From an uncultured Roseburia sp. (GTDB lineage Bacteria > Bacillota > Clostridia > Lachnospirales > Lachnospiraceae), in contig CALZGM010000013.1 of the NCBI GenBank assembly GCA_945787015.1, positions 28,568-60,567 on the forward strand: a stretch of DNA of 32,000 nt. The letters are read 5' to 3'. Positions 8,053 through 15,354 of the stretch are shown one piece after another; the stretch's first letter is position 1, and each line of letters opens with the position of its first letter. The translations under genes and the position numbers were made by a program. The notes beneath the pieces were generated by a model. It was not told the origin of the DNA. It was given only the letters and a program-made list of their open reading frames with translations, and made no database searches.

Positions 8053-9126
8053 CTAATCTGCTATATAGTTCGCAAAACCATCTGTATGATAAATGGTTCC
8101 GTCATTCATCACCCATAATGCTTCTACGCCGTCTATCCCATTTACAAAAGCCAGTCCCTCTTCATAAGGCATGTTAAAAACAGCGGTCGACAACGCATCT
8201 GCCATACCGGAATCTTTTGCCAAAATGGATACCGAAGCAAAATAGTCAGCCGGCATCAAAGTATCTCCATCAATAATGTGACAGTACCGCTCACCATCAA
8301 CCACATAATATCTCTGATAATTTCCGCTGGTAACCACACAGGCATCGGAAATATCTACTTTTTCCACATAAGCCTCATCGCTTTTCATATCCGGGTTCTG
8401 AATGCCAATGCGCCAGTCGCTGCCATCCAGTTTTTTCCCAACAGCACAAACATTTCCACCTACGCTTAGCAATACCTGTTTCATACCGATTTCTTTGGCA
8501 TATTCTGCAAGTTTCTGCACTGCGTAGCCTTTTCCGATACTTCCCACATCAATGGACATATGCGCATCCGGCAAATAGACCGTGGAGGCTTCCTCATCAA
8601 TGATAATTTGATTGATATCCATATAAGCTGACGCAGCCTGCAAATCCTCCATCGGTGGAAGTTTTGCGTTTTCCGGGTCATCGATACCTGCATCGCGGTA
8701 ATCGTGCCAGATGCTTAACACGCTTCCCATGGCAATGTTAATCTGGCCATTTGTTTTTTCATACATTTCCTTACTAAAAAGCAGCAAGTCAATAATATCC
8801 CGGTTTACCTCCACTGGTGCAATTCCGGCGTTGTCATTAATCGTTTTGATATTATTGATGCCTTCGTAATCATTGTAAATGTCATATAAATCGTTGTAGT
8901 AGGCAAGCTTGTCTTTTAAAAGGCTTACCTGTTCGGTGAATGCTTCCTCATCGGTACTATAACCGATGACGTCTGTTTTCGTATCGAATACATCCAGGAA
9001 GCTTGCTGTATAACGCGACAACTCCGGCTCTTTCTTACTATTGTAAATAACTGCTACCACAAGGAGTAGTAAAAAAATCACACCCACTACTCCGATTTGT
9101 TTTTTTCTATTCATCATGTTCCTCAT
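8053..9126 (-). CDS. apbE: FAD:protein FMN transferase (ApbE family), membrane-anchored
   Basis: The DVGSIGKGYAVQK motif and overall ApbE-like sequence, with an N-terminal hydrophobic anchor. Confidence 0.85.
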   Translation of the reverse strand: MRNMMNRKKQIGVVGVIFLLLLVVAVIYNSKKEPELSRYTASFLDVFDTKTDVIGYSTDEEAFTEQVSLLKDKLAYYNDLYDIYNDYEGINNIKTINDNAGIAPVEVNRDIIDLLLFSKEMYEKTNGQINIAMGSVLSIWHDYRDAGIDDPENAKLPPMEDLQAASAYMDINQIIIDEEASTVYLPDAHMSIDVGSIGKGYAVQKLAEYAKEIGMKQVLLSVGGNVCAVGKKLDGSDWRIGIQNPDMKSDEAYVEKVDISDACVVTSGNYQRYYVVDGERYCHIIDGDTLMPADYFASVSILAKDSGMADALSTAVFNMPYEEGLAFVNGIDGVEALWVMNDGTIYHTDGFANYIAD

Positions 9127-9306
9127 TTTTTCTTATATAAAAGTATATTCTTTGCACGTTTTTTAAGTATAGCATAGATTTTCCTTGTTGTTAACTACTT
9201 TCCTGTTTTTGACAACGTATCTTTGCTATACATTTTGTCCATTTTTTGGTAAAATAAAAATAACAATTAGCCGAATTTTTGGCTGAAGAGAAAGGAGAAG
9301 ATTAAA

Positions 9307-10821
9307 ATGTCACAAACAGTAAAATTGACACCGGATACACTAAAGGCTTTACATGAAGTAAATCCAATGCTCGTATCCTACAATGTTGAGTTTGCAGAGG
9401 TTACTGGGGGTACCTTCTGGAAAGCTTACACACCGGGGCAGATTGCCGGCACTGAGCCTTTTATTGTACAGCCAACTGCAGATGGTATTGCAGCAATGTA
9501 CAAAGATTTGATGCAGGTATATCCTCCTATTGATCTGTATAACGAAAAGCTCCGCAAATTAGCAAAGGATTTAGGTCCTGCATGGGTTCGTGTTTCCGGA
9601 ACCTGGGCTACCAAAACCTACTATGATTTTGATGGCACTACAAACGGCGTTGTACCGGAAGGTTATCTTAATGTATTAACAAAGGAACAGTGGATTGGCG
9701 TTCTTGATTTTGTAAAAGCGATTGGTGCCAAGTTAATGGTATCCGTTTCGAACTGTCCGGGTCTTCACACCGCAGAGGAACCATGGAATCCTTCCGAAGC
9801 AGAAAAACTTTTCGGTCTGAGCAAAGAATACGGTGTTCCGATTAATGGCGCAGAATTTACAAATGAGCCTAATATGATGGAAGAAACCGGTTTTCCGAAG
9901 GGCTACACTGCAGAACACTACCGCAGAGACCACGATTTATTCTTTTCCTGGTTAGAGGAAAACTATCCGGAATGTATCAAAATTGGGCCCAGCACAACAG
10001 GCGGCGATAATATCTCTTTTGGGAAAGGCGGCGGTGTTGAGCAGCTTGTTGGAGAAACCGTGGGATGTGACGACCTTGTTGGCGGCACAAAGACAAAATT
10101 AGATGTGTTCAGTTATCATTATTACAATGGTGTTTCTGACCGTCTCGCATCTGTGATGCCAAACGCCCACTGGCAGCCGGAAGAAGCAACTTCCGAAGCA
10201 TACTTAGATACCGCATTAAACTTCTGCCGTACTTACCGCCCGTTCCGTGACAAATATGTTCCGGGAGGCGAAATGTGGGTAACCGAGTCCGGCGATGCAG
10301 GCGGCGGTGGTGACACCTGGGCTTCCACCTATCTGGATGTTATCCGTACGTTAAACGAACTTGGTGGTTTTGCATCTTTAACAAACGGTGTCATTTTCCA
10401 CAACACCCTTGCTTCTTCAGATTATGGCTATCTTGCACGTCAGGTATTTGACCCAAGACCGAATTATTTTGCAGTCCTGTTGTGGAACCGCTTAATGGGT
10501 ACTACTGCTTACGATTCAGGTGAACCAATCCGTGAGGGAGCACATGTTTATGTTCATTCCCGCAAAGATGGCAAAGAAGGTAAGGTTTACTTAGTCATCA
10601 ACAATTCAAGAACGGAAACTACAACCGTTGAACTGCCGAAGGACGCAGAGCGCTATACCTTAGCAGGTTTAGACGGCAACGTTCGCGCTACAGTTATGAC
10701 CTTAAACGGCAATCCGTTAACCTTAGGTGAAGGCTATGCTCTTCCGGAATTAAAACCGGTTGCACAGGCTGCCGGAACTGTAGAGTTAGCGCCTTGCACT
10801 TGTACGTTCTTTGTATTATAA
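9307..10821 (+). CDS. Glycoside hydrolase, GH79 / heparanase-like (beta-glucuronidase type); no signal peptide seen
   Basis: Acid/base motif AEFTNEPN and nucleophile motif WVTESGDAGGGG resemble heparanase NEPN and GETSSAYGGG. RBS aaaggagaag lies upstream. Confidence 0.7.
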   Translation: MSQTVKLTPDTLKALHEVNPMLVSYNVEFAEVTGGTFWKAYTPGQIAGTEPFIVQPTADGIAAMYKDLMQVYPPIDLYNEKLRKLAKDLGPAWVRVSGTWATKTYYDFDGTTNGVVPEGYLNVLTKEQWIGVLDFVKAIGAKLMVSVSNCPGLHTAEEPWNPSEAEKLFGLSKEYGVPINGAEFTNEPNMMEETGFPKGYTAEHYRRDHDLFFSWLEENYPECIKIGPSTTGGDNISFGKGGGVEQLVGETVGCDDLVGGTKTKLDVFSYHYYNGVSDRLASVMPNAHWQPEEATSEAYLDTALNFCRTYRPFRDKYVPGGEMWVTESGDAGGGGDTWASTYLDVIRTLNELGGFASLTNGVIFHNTLASSDYGYLARQVFDPRPNYFAVLLWNRLMGTTAYDSGEPIREGAHVYVHSRKDGKEGKVYLVINNSRTETTTVELPKDAERYTLAGLDGNVRATVMTLNGNPLTLGEGYALPELKPVAQAAGTVELAPCTCTFFVL

Positions 10822-10831
10822 AATTTAATTT

Positions 10832-11027
10832 GTAACTATTCAGAACCCCTTAGAATAAGATAAGCAGATTCGTCATGCTTGCATGTAAGAAGCTGCTTAT
10901 CTTATTCGTAAGGTGGCTCGAATAGAGTCACCTCCCCATATATGAGCAAAATTAGCTGCGTAGCAGCGGGAAAGTGCGTGGAACGCACGGTTTTGCGAAT
11001 GTATGGGGAGGGGTTCTGAATAGTTAC
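10832..11027. mobile_element. 196-bp MITE (non-autonomous transposon) with internal hairpins
   Basis: Perfect 19-bp TIRs: gtaactattcagaacccct (10832-10850) and aggggttctgaatagttac (11009-11027). Identical 8-bp flanks tttaattt at 10824-10831 and 11028-11035. No ORF. Confidence 0.75.
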
Positions 11028-11045
11028 TTTAATTTTAAGAAATTG

Positions 11046-11094
11046 GCCGCCGGCAAAGTGTTTTGCATTCCGCTTAAACTTGTCGGCGGCTTTT
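11046..11094. terminator. Bidirectional hairpin terminator between the GH79 gene and spoIIID
   Basis: gccgccggcaa (11046-11056) pairs with ttgtcggcggc (11080-11090). The stem is followed by tttt on the plus strand; the minus-strand side has only a T-poor tail. Confidence 0.6.
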
Positions 11095-11149
11095 CCAATT
11101 CATGATAATAGTAAGTTCGCATAGCGTACTTTCTATTATTGAAACCTCT

Positions 11150-11410
11150 TCACCTGTGCCCTTCCATATGTAAGTATTTTTCTCTTGTTGCAAGTCCACC
11201 ACGCAAATGCCGTTCTGCCTTATTTACATCCAGCACTTTCCTTACTTCTGCCGCAAGCGAAGCATTTACCTGCACTAATCGTTCTGTGCAATCCTTATGT
11301 ACGGTCGACTTACTGATTCCAAAATGTTTTGCGGCCTGTCTTACTGTTGTGTTGTTGTCAATAATATAACGCGCAATCTCCATTGCACGCTCTTCAATAT
11401 ATCCTTTCAA
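11150..11410 (-). CDS. spoIIID: Stage III sporulation transcription factor SpoIIID
   Basis: (M)KGYIEERAMEIARYIIDNNTTVRQAAKHFGISKSTVHKDCTERL aligns with B. subtilis SpoIIID MHDYIKERTIKIGKYIVETKKTVR...VSKSTVHKDLTERL. TTG start at 11410, with RBS AGGGGA 5-6 nt upstream. Confidence 0.9.
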   Translation of the reverse strand: MKGYIEERAMEIARYIIDNNTTVRQAAKHFGISKSTVHKDCTERLVQVNASLAAEVRKVLDVNKAERHLRGGLATREKYLHMEGHR

Positions 11411-11455
11411 AAAAATCCCCTGCAATACTTGTTTTTACATTGTATGCAGGGGATT
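11337..11455. repeat. 119-bp direct repeat, copy 1 (functional spoIIID 5' end, RBS, promoter -10 and hairpin)
   Basis: Matches 15370-15488 at 117 of 119 positions. The mismatches are at 11350/15383 and 11409/15442. Confidence 0.95.
11413..11452 (-). terminator. Hairpin plus T-run ending the nucleotidyltransferase gene; it overlaps the spoIIID promoter and RBS
   Basis: Minus strand: cccctgcatac...gtattgcagggg followed by attttttt. Confidence 0.6.
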
Positions 11456-11467
11456 TTGTATTTATTT
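11439..11467 (-). promoter_or_regulatory. Sigma-E-type promoter candidate for spoIIID
   Basis: The minus strand reads CATACAAT (11446-11439), matching the B. subtilis sigma-E -10 element CATACA-T. An ATA-rich -35-like element, aaataaa, lies 14 nt upstream. Confidence 0.45.
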
Positions 11468-12196
11468 CTATTTTCCATTATCCGTCACATGTTTTTTCGC
11501 CTTAGCAGCTAATAAAATCTCGGCAAGATTGTCACCATTAAGCACACCCGGATAATCTTCCTGGAATTCAACTAATACATCCTTATTTTCCTGTTCAAGT
11601 TCTCTGCACTGCTTGTAAAAAGCATGCAAATTTTCTTTCTTATAAACAGCCTCGATAAAAACTCTGGCATCTTCTGGTATTCGGCTATAAGAATCGTATA
11701 AATCGATTATAGCCTTTTGAATTTTTTCAAATGTCAATGGCTCATTCCGTTCTTCCTGCTCAATCAACACACCTACAATATCAGATAAATCATTTTTATA
11801 TTGGCGTCCTGCCATGAGTTTCATTGCTACAAGATATTCAGCTGATACTGTTCTAATCTGTAAAACATTTGCAAAAGTCTTATAATACTTTGAATACTCT
11901 ACCAATCTTGGCGTATAGGAATTGGTATTAATAAAGTCTGTATTTAACCATCCAACCGGAAGACCAAGTCTATCTCCTACTGTGTTGATTGCATCCTTCA
12001 TAGACCCGGAAGACTGAATAATTGCATCTATGTCATAGGTCATTTCCCGAAAACCATAATTAATAAGAATTGCTGCCCCACCAATCAGAATAATCTCCGC
12101 CGGCATTCTGGTACCATTCTTTTTACGAAACTCTTTTGCCAGTTCTTTTAGATAACCATCCAGATTTTCCTTTGTAAATGGTTTATCAACAGACAT
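11468..12196 (-). CDS. Pol-beta-fold nucleotidyltransferase, AbiEii/MenT-like putative toxin
   Basis: NTase signature LIGGAAILINYGFREMTYDIDAI (GG, 13 residues, then DxD; compare AbiEii GGTAL...R.S.DlD). It overlaps the upstream HTH gene by 11 nt. Confidence 0.6.
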   Translation of the reverse strand: MSVDKPFTKENLDGYLKELAKEFRKKNGTRMPAEIILIGGAAILINYGFREMTYDIDAIIQSSGSMKDAINTVGDRLGLPVGWLNTDFINTNSYTPRLVEYSKYYKTFANVLQIRTVSAEYLVAMKLMAGRQYKNDLSDIVGVLIEQEERNEPLTFEKIQKAIIDLYDSYSRIPEDARVFIEAVYKKENLHAFYKQCRELEQENKDVLVEFQEDYPGVLNGDNLAEILLAAKAKKHVTDNGK

Positions 12197-12767
12197 TTCG
12201 CACCTCGCTTTCTACGATATTAAATTGTATAAATTCAGGTATTGCATTCGCAAGTGCTTTTTCTTTTATACTTTCATCTCCGGTTGCAGCATATGACACA
12301 ACTACACTCGCAGGAAAATATGGTTTTTCAAGCTTCCGAGAACGAATATCATTATAATTTGTGCAGATGGGCAAACCGTTTATTCTGGATAAATAGTCAA
12401 TCATTGCCAGCAGATACAATGCTTCTCTATACCATCTACGCTCATAAAGCCTTCGTATTTCATCCGTTTCAAGTGTTTCAATAATAAAATCAATATCGCC
12501 CATATCCTTCACCTGATGACAAGTATTACTCTTAAATGTCTCAAAAGAGAATCTGTAATCCGTCCTGTCTGCGTTATTGTTCTCCAATATTGAATCAACA
12601 GTTACTCCAAGAACCTTAGCAATCCTATATAAAGTTCCAGCTGCACACTTATCGAGGTCTGCTTTGCCGCTACAAATATCTGTGATAGTTGTCATTGCGA
12701 CTCCGCTTTCTTTACTTAAGCGATATCTCGACATATTTTCTTTTTCAAGTAAATCATTTACAATCAT
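12186..12767 (-). CDS. XRE-type HTH protein with an uncharacterised C-terminal domain; putative antitoxin or regulator
   Basis: HTH segment MSRYRLSKESGVAMTTITDICSGKADLDKCAAGTLYRIAKVLGVTVDSIL. RBS aaggaggg lies 7 nt before the ATG at 12767. Confidence 0.7.
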   Translation of the reverse strand: MIVNDLLEKENMSRYRLSKESGVAMTTITDICSGKADLDKCAAGTLYRIAKVLGVTVDSILENNNADRTDYRFSFETFKSNTCHQVKDMGDIDFIIETLETDEIRRLYERRWYREALYLLAMIDYLSRINGLPICTNYNDIRSRKLEKPYFPASVVVSYAATGDESIKEKALANAIPEFIQFNIVESEVRNVC

Positions 12768-12788
12768 CAGCTTTCCCTCCTTTTTCAT

Positions 12789-12817
12789 AGTATATCGGTC
12801 AACCGAACTAATGTCAA
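12789..12817 (-). promoter_or_regulatory. Consensus sigma-A promoter with a palindromic operator for the HTH-NTase pair
   Basis: Minus strand: TTGACA (12817-12812), 17-nt spacer, TATACT (12794-12789). The spacer contains the palindrome tcggttgaccga. Confidence 0.7.
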
Positions 12818-13018
12818 TAATATATTATGTTCAATTTGAGAAAATCTATACCTCCGGTTTTACTATGTACTCGCTCTCCTCTGCACATTTTGATGCAGCT
12901 TCTTCTATAGCGCGTTCCACTTTACCTGCATTAGCTTCAATCAAAAGCTTACACAAAATTACTAAGCAAAAACCGGTGAAACTGCAACTTTGTTCCTTTT
13001 TGTAATATAATCAGAATT

Positions 13019-15091
13019 CTACCAAGCCAACTGACATTCATGTTTCTTAAAGAAATCCACTCTCGGTTCCAGATACTCCAATTTATGTTTCTCTACATCT
13101 CCAACATAAAATGCAATAGGCTCAAAAATATGATTCCAATCCCACAATTCTTCTCCCACATTTAGATATTCTCTAAACATTTCACATCCTTCCGGTGCAA
13201 TTGGATGAACTAAAATCGCCATAATCTTACAAGCATAAAAGCAATCCAAAATAAGCTGCTTTCTATATTCCATATCACCTGTTGCATCGGCAATTTTTAC
13301 ATTATTTACCCAGTGCTTGTTTACCCGCCGTATAAAATCATCCAAAACATATGAAATTCGATGGAACTCATGGTTATACATATGACGCTCATAGTCAAGC
13401 ACCGCTTTTTCAGCCAAAGTCTTTATTTCCTCACTCACTTCTCCCTCAGGAATTCTACCATCACAATTGTTCTGAATTGCATAAAAACAGGTGCGAATCA
13501 GACGATTAAACACATTGGTAATTAAATTGCCATCTTTCAAAACCATATCAACCCCAACACGTTCTTCCTCTTTCATAAACACCTGTGGTTTAAAACCTAC
13601 ACTTTTTGAGGACAGCCCTAAACTCATAAAATGCATTCGCAGCTGATCCTTAGTGTAATAATCAAGCAACTCATCCGCCGTAGGTGGCTTTATTTCTGAA
13701 CTACTACTGGCTTTTGTATCCATATACAATAAATGTCGGTTAGCAATAATATGAGATAAATGTACCTTCTCCATATTCGGCACTTCCCCTTTAGGAACCT
13801 GTAATCCTGTAAATAATCCGGTCTGAGCAATCGCATAGAAATAAATATTATCTTCCCCAATAAACTGATAAACTGTAGATTCATCATCATACCACCACTT
13901 GGACAAATCATCTTCCTTTTCCTTCTCCCTTAAATATGCTAAAGTAAAGGAAATTGGTGCCCATAACGACTCCGGCCACACCCAGAATGTCAAGTCTTTT
14001 AAATCTTCACATTCCGGAAAAGGTACTCCCCATTCTACATTGCCGGACAGTCGAAACGGAACCAATGTCTTTCCAGAAGTATAATGAATATTTTCCGCAT
14101 CCAAAACACTTTTCGCCTTGTCTCTGTCATCCAGGTTTTCAAATTCGAAGACAACAGAAGGTTTCTTCTCCTCATCAATCAGTTTATGAGGTGGTAATTT
14201 TTCGATTAATTTTTCCAAATCAACTATATATTTTCTAGGCACATAAATATAAGGCTTCTTCAAAAATTCTTCTACGGTTTCTAACTGATACTTACGGGTG
14301 TTTGTATTTTTGCGCAAAAAATCATTATATTCCTTTACCATATCGATACAATGTTCTAAGTCAAAATACCAATTCTTAACATCTTTAAGAACAGGCTTTT
14401 TATTCGACAGACAACTGATAGGACCTATAAGTTCAGAAGGCAAAAACTGGTGTCCCAGTGAACATTCATCTGCGTATGCTTTGTCTGAGGTACATCCCGG
14501 TATCGGGCATTTTCCTATTACCTGTCTTCCGTTTAAAAACATCTTCTTTTCCTCATCATAAAACTGTGGCACAGACAATTTCTGAATATACCCGTTCTCA
14601 TATAAAGTTCGAAATACTCTAGCTGATACACGTTTATGAATTGTTCCTGCCTCTTCTAAAGCCGACGCGCCAAAAAAGTCCAAACTAATACCATAGTTTT
14701 CCAAGGTCTTCTTCTGTCTCTCGTGATTACCACGTACATAGTCCTTAAGCGTTCCTTCATATCCCACTTCCTGCAGTTTGCGATAACTTTCCATAATAGG
14801 CGAGCCGTAACAGTCAGTTCCGGAAAGAAAAATAACATTCTCTTTTCCAATTCTGTCTCTTAAAAATCTTGCAAAAATATCAGCATGTATAAACATACCG
14901 CCTACGTGTCCAAAATGCAGGTTCTTATTTCCATAAGGCATACCTGCCGTAATAATTGCCCTTTTAGGAAATGTCGGGCGTTCATTTGATGTTAATCGTT
15001 TACATATCATATACATTTGTTCCTTTCTGTTATTTACTATGATTTTTCCCTGCTTCCCCTTCTGCTGGGGAAGCTCTGACTGTTCCGGCAT
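13019..15091 (-). CDS. metG: Divergent methionine--tRNA ligase paralog (class I aaRS)
   Basis: HIGH motif PYGNKNLHFGH, Zn-knuckle-like CPIPGCTSDKAYADEC, and MetRS-like LRMHFMSLGLSS. The KMSKS position reads TKASSSS. RBS aggagg lies 6 nt before the ATG at 15091. Confidence 0.75.
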   Translation of the reverse strand: MPEQSELPQQKGKQGKIIVNNRKEQMYMICKRLTSNERPTFPKRAIITAGMPYGNKNLHFGHVGGMFIHADIFARFLRDRIGKENVIFLSGTDCYGSPIMESYRKLQEVGYEGTLKDYVRGNHERQKKTLENYGISLDFFGASALEEAGTIHKRVSARVFRTLYENGYIQKLSVPQFYDEEKKMFLNGRQVIGKCPIPGCTSDKAYADECSLGHQFLPSELIGPISCLSNKKPVLKDVKNWYFDLEHCIDMVKEYNDFLRKNTNTRKYQLETVEEFLKKPYIYVPRKYIVDLEKLIEKLPPHKLIDEEKKPSVVFEFENLDDRDKAKSVLDAENIHYTSGKTLVPFRLSGNVEWGVPFPECEDLKDLTFWVWPESLWAPISFTLAYLREKEKEDDLSKWWYDDESTVYQFIGEDNIYFYAIAQTGLFTGLQVPKGEVPNMEKVHLSHIIANRHLLYMDTKASSSSEIKPPTADELLDYYTKDQLRMHFMSLGLSSKSVGFKPQVFMKEEERVGVDMVLKDGNLITNVFNRLIRTCFYAIQNNCDGRIPEGEVSEEIKTLAEKAVLDYERHMYNHEFHRISYVLDDFIRRVNKHWVNNVKIADATGDMEYRKQLILDCFYACKIMAILVHPIAPEGCEMFREYLNVGEELWDWNHIFEPIAFYVGDVEKHKLEYLEPRVDFFKKHECQLAW

Positions 15092-15136
15092 GGTACACCT
15101 CCTTTCCGATTTTTCAAATCGATGAAGTTTGCTCAC

Positions 15137-15177
15137 AAAAAAACGGTCAAAAACTCGCATTGAGCTTTCGACCGTTT
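15137..15177 (-). terminator. Intrinsic terminator / attenuator inside the MetRS leader
   Basis: Minus strand: aaacggtc (15177-15170), 21-nt loop, gaccgttt (15148-15141), then ttttt. It lies about 45 nt upstream of the MetRS start codon. Confidence 0.65.
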
Positions 15178-15205
15178 GGTTCAGATTAACTAGGATAAAC
15201 GCTTG

Positions 15206-15298
15206 TTATGAACACAACACAAAAAGCCCATTGTCAGTTTTAACAATAAGCTGCTGTTGCTGGTTCATTTTGTTCATGCTAATTGATAATTTAATCAT
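15206..15298 (-). CDS. Possible 30-codon leader ORF (MIKLSISMNKMNQQQQLIVKTDNGLFVLCS)
   Basis: Own translation. RBS aaggaagga lies 8 nt upstream. It sits between the promoter and the attenuator terminator. There is no further support. Confidence 0.25.
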   Translation of the reverse strand: MIKLSISMNKMNQQQQLIVKTDNGLFVLCS

Positions 15299-15325
15299 GG
15301 GCTTATCCTTCCTTTGTTTTGTGTA

Positions 15326-15354
15326 ATTCTATCAGTAGTGATATGCATTGTCAA
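15326..15354 (-). promoter_or_regulatory. Consensus sigma-A promoter of the MetRS paralog
   Basis: Minus strand: TTGACA (15354-15349), 17-nt spacer, TAGAAT (15331-15326). Confidence 0.65.

Noticed and set aside
10832-11027. Interpretation of the structured 196-nt element as a riboswitch, retron msr/msd or other dedicated ncRNA.
   Set aside because: Perfect terminal inverted repeats plus an identical 8-bp flanking duplication are most simply explained by transposition (a MITE). There is no reverse transcriptase or other partner gene nearby. The RNA-function alternative is kept only as the refutation scenario.
12830-13018. Small minus-strand ORF (LIEANAGKVERAIEEAASKCAEESEYIVKPEV) between the MetRS gene and the HTH promoter.
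   Set aside because: It has only a TTG start and no RBS, and is 32 codons long. It is possibly a gene remnant, but there is not enough evidence to call it.
15092-15354. T-box riboswitch upstream of the MetRS paralog.
   Set aside because: It would be expected for a Firmicute aaRS gene. However, I could not find the conserved T-box sequence (GGUGGUACCGCG-like) before the terminator, or a specifier-loop/Stem I architecture. It is left as an unclassified attenuator pending an Infernal scan.
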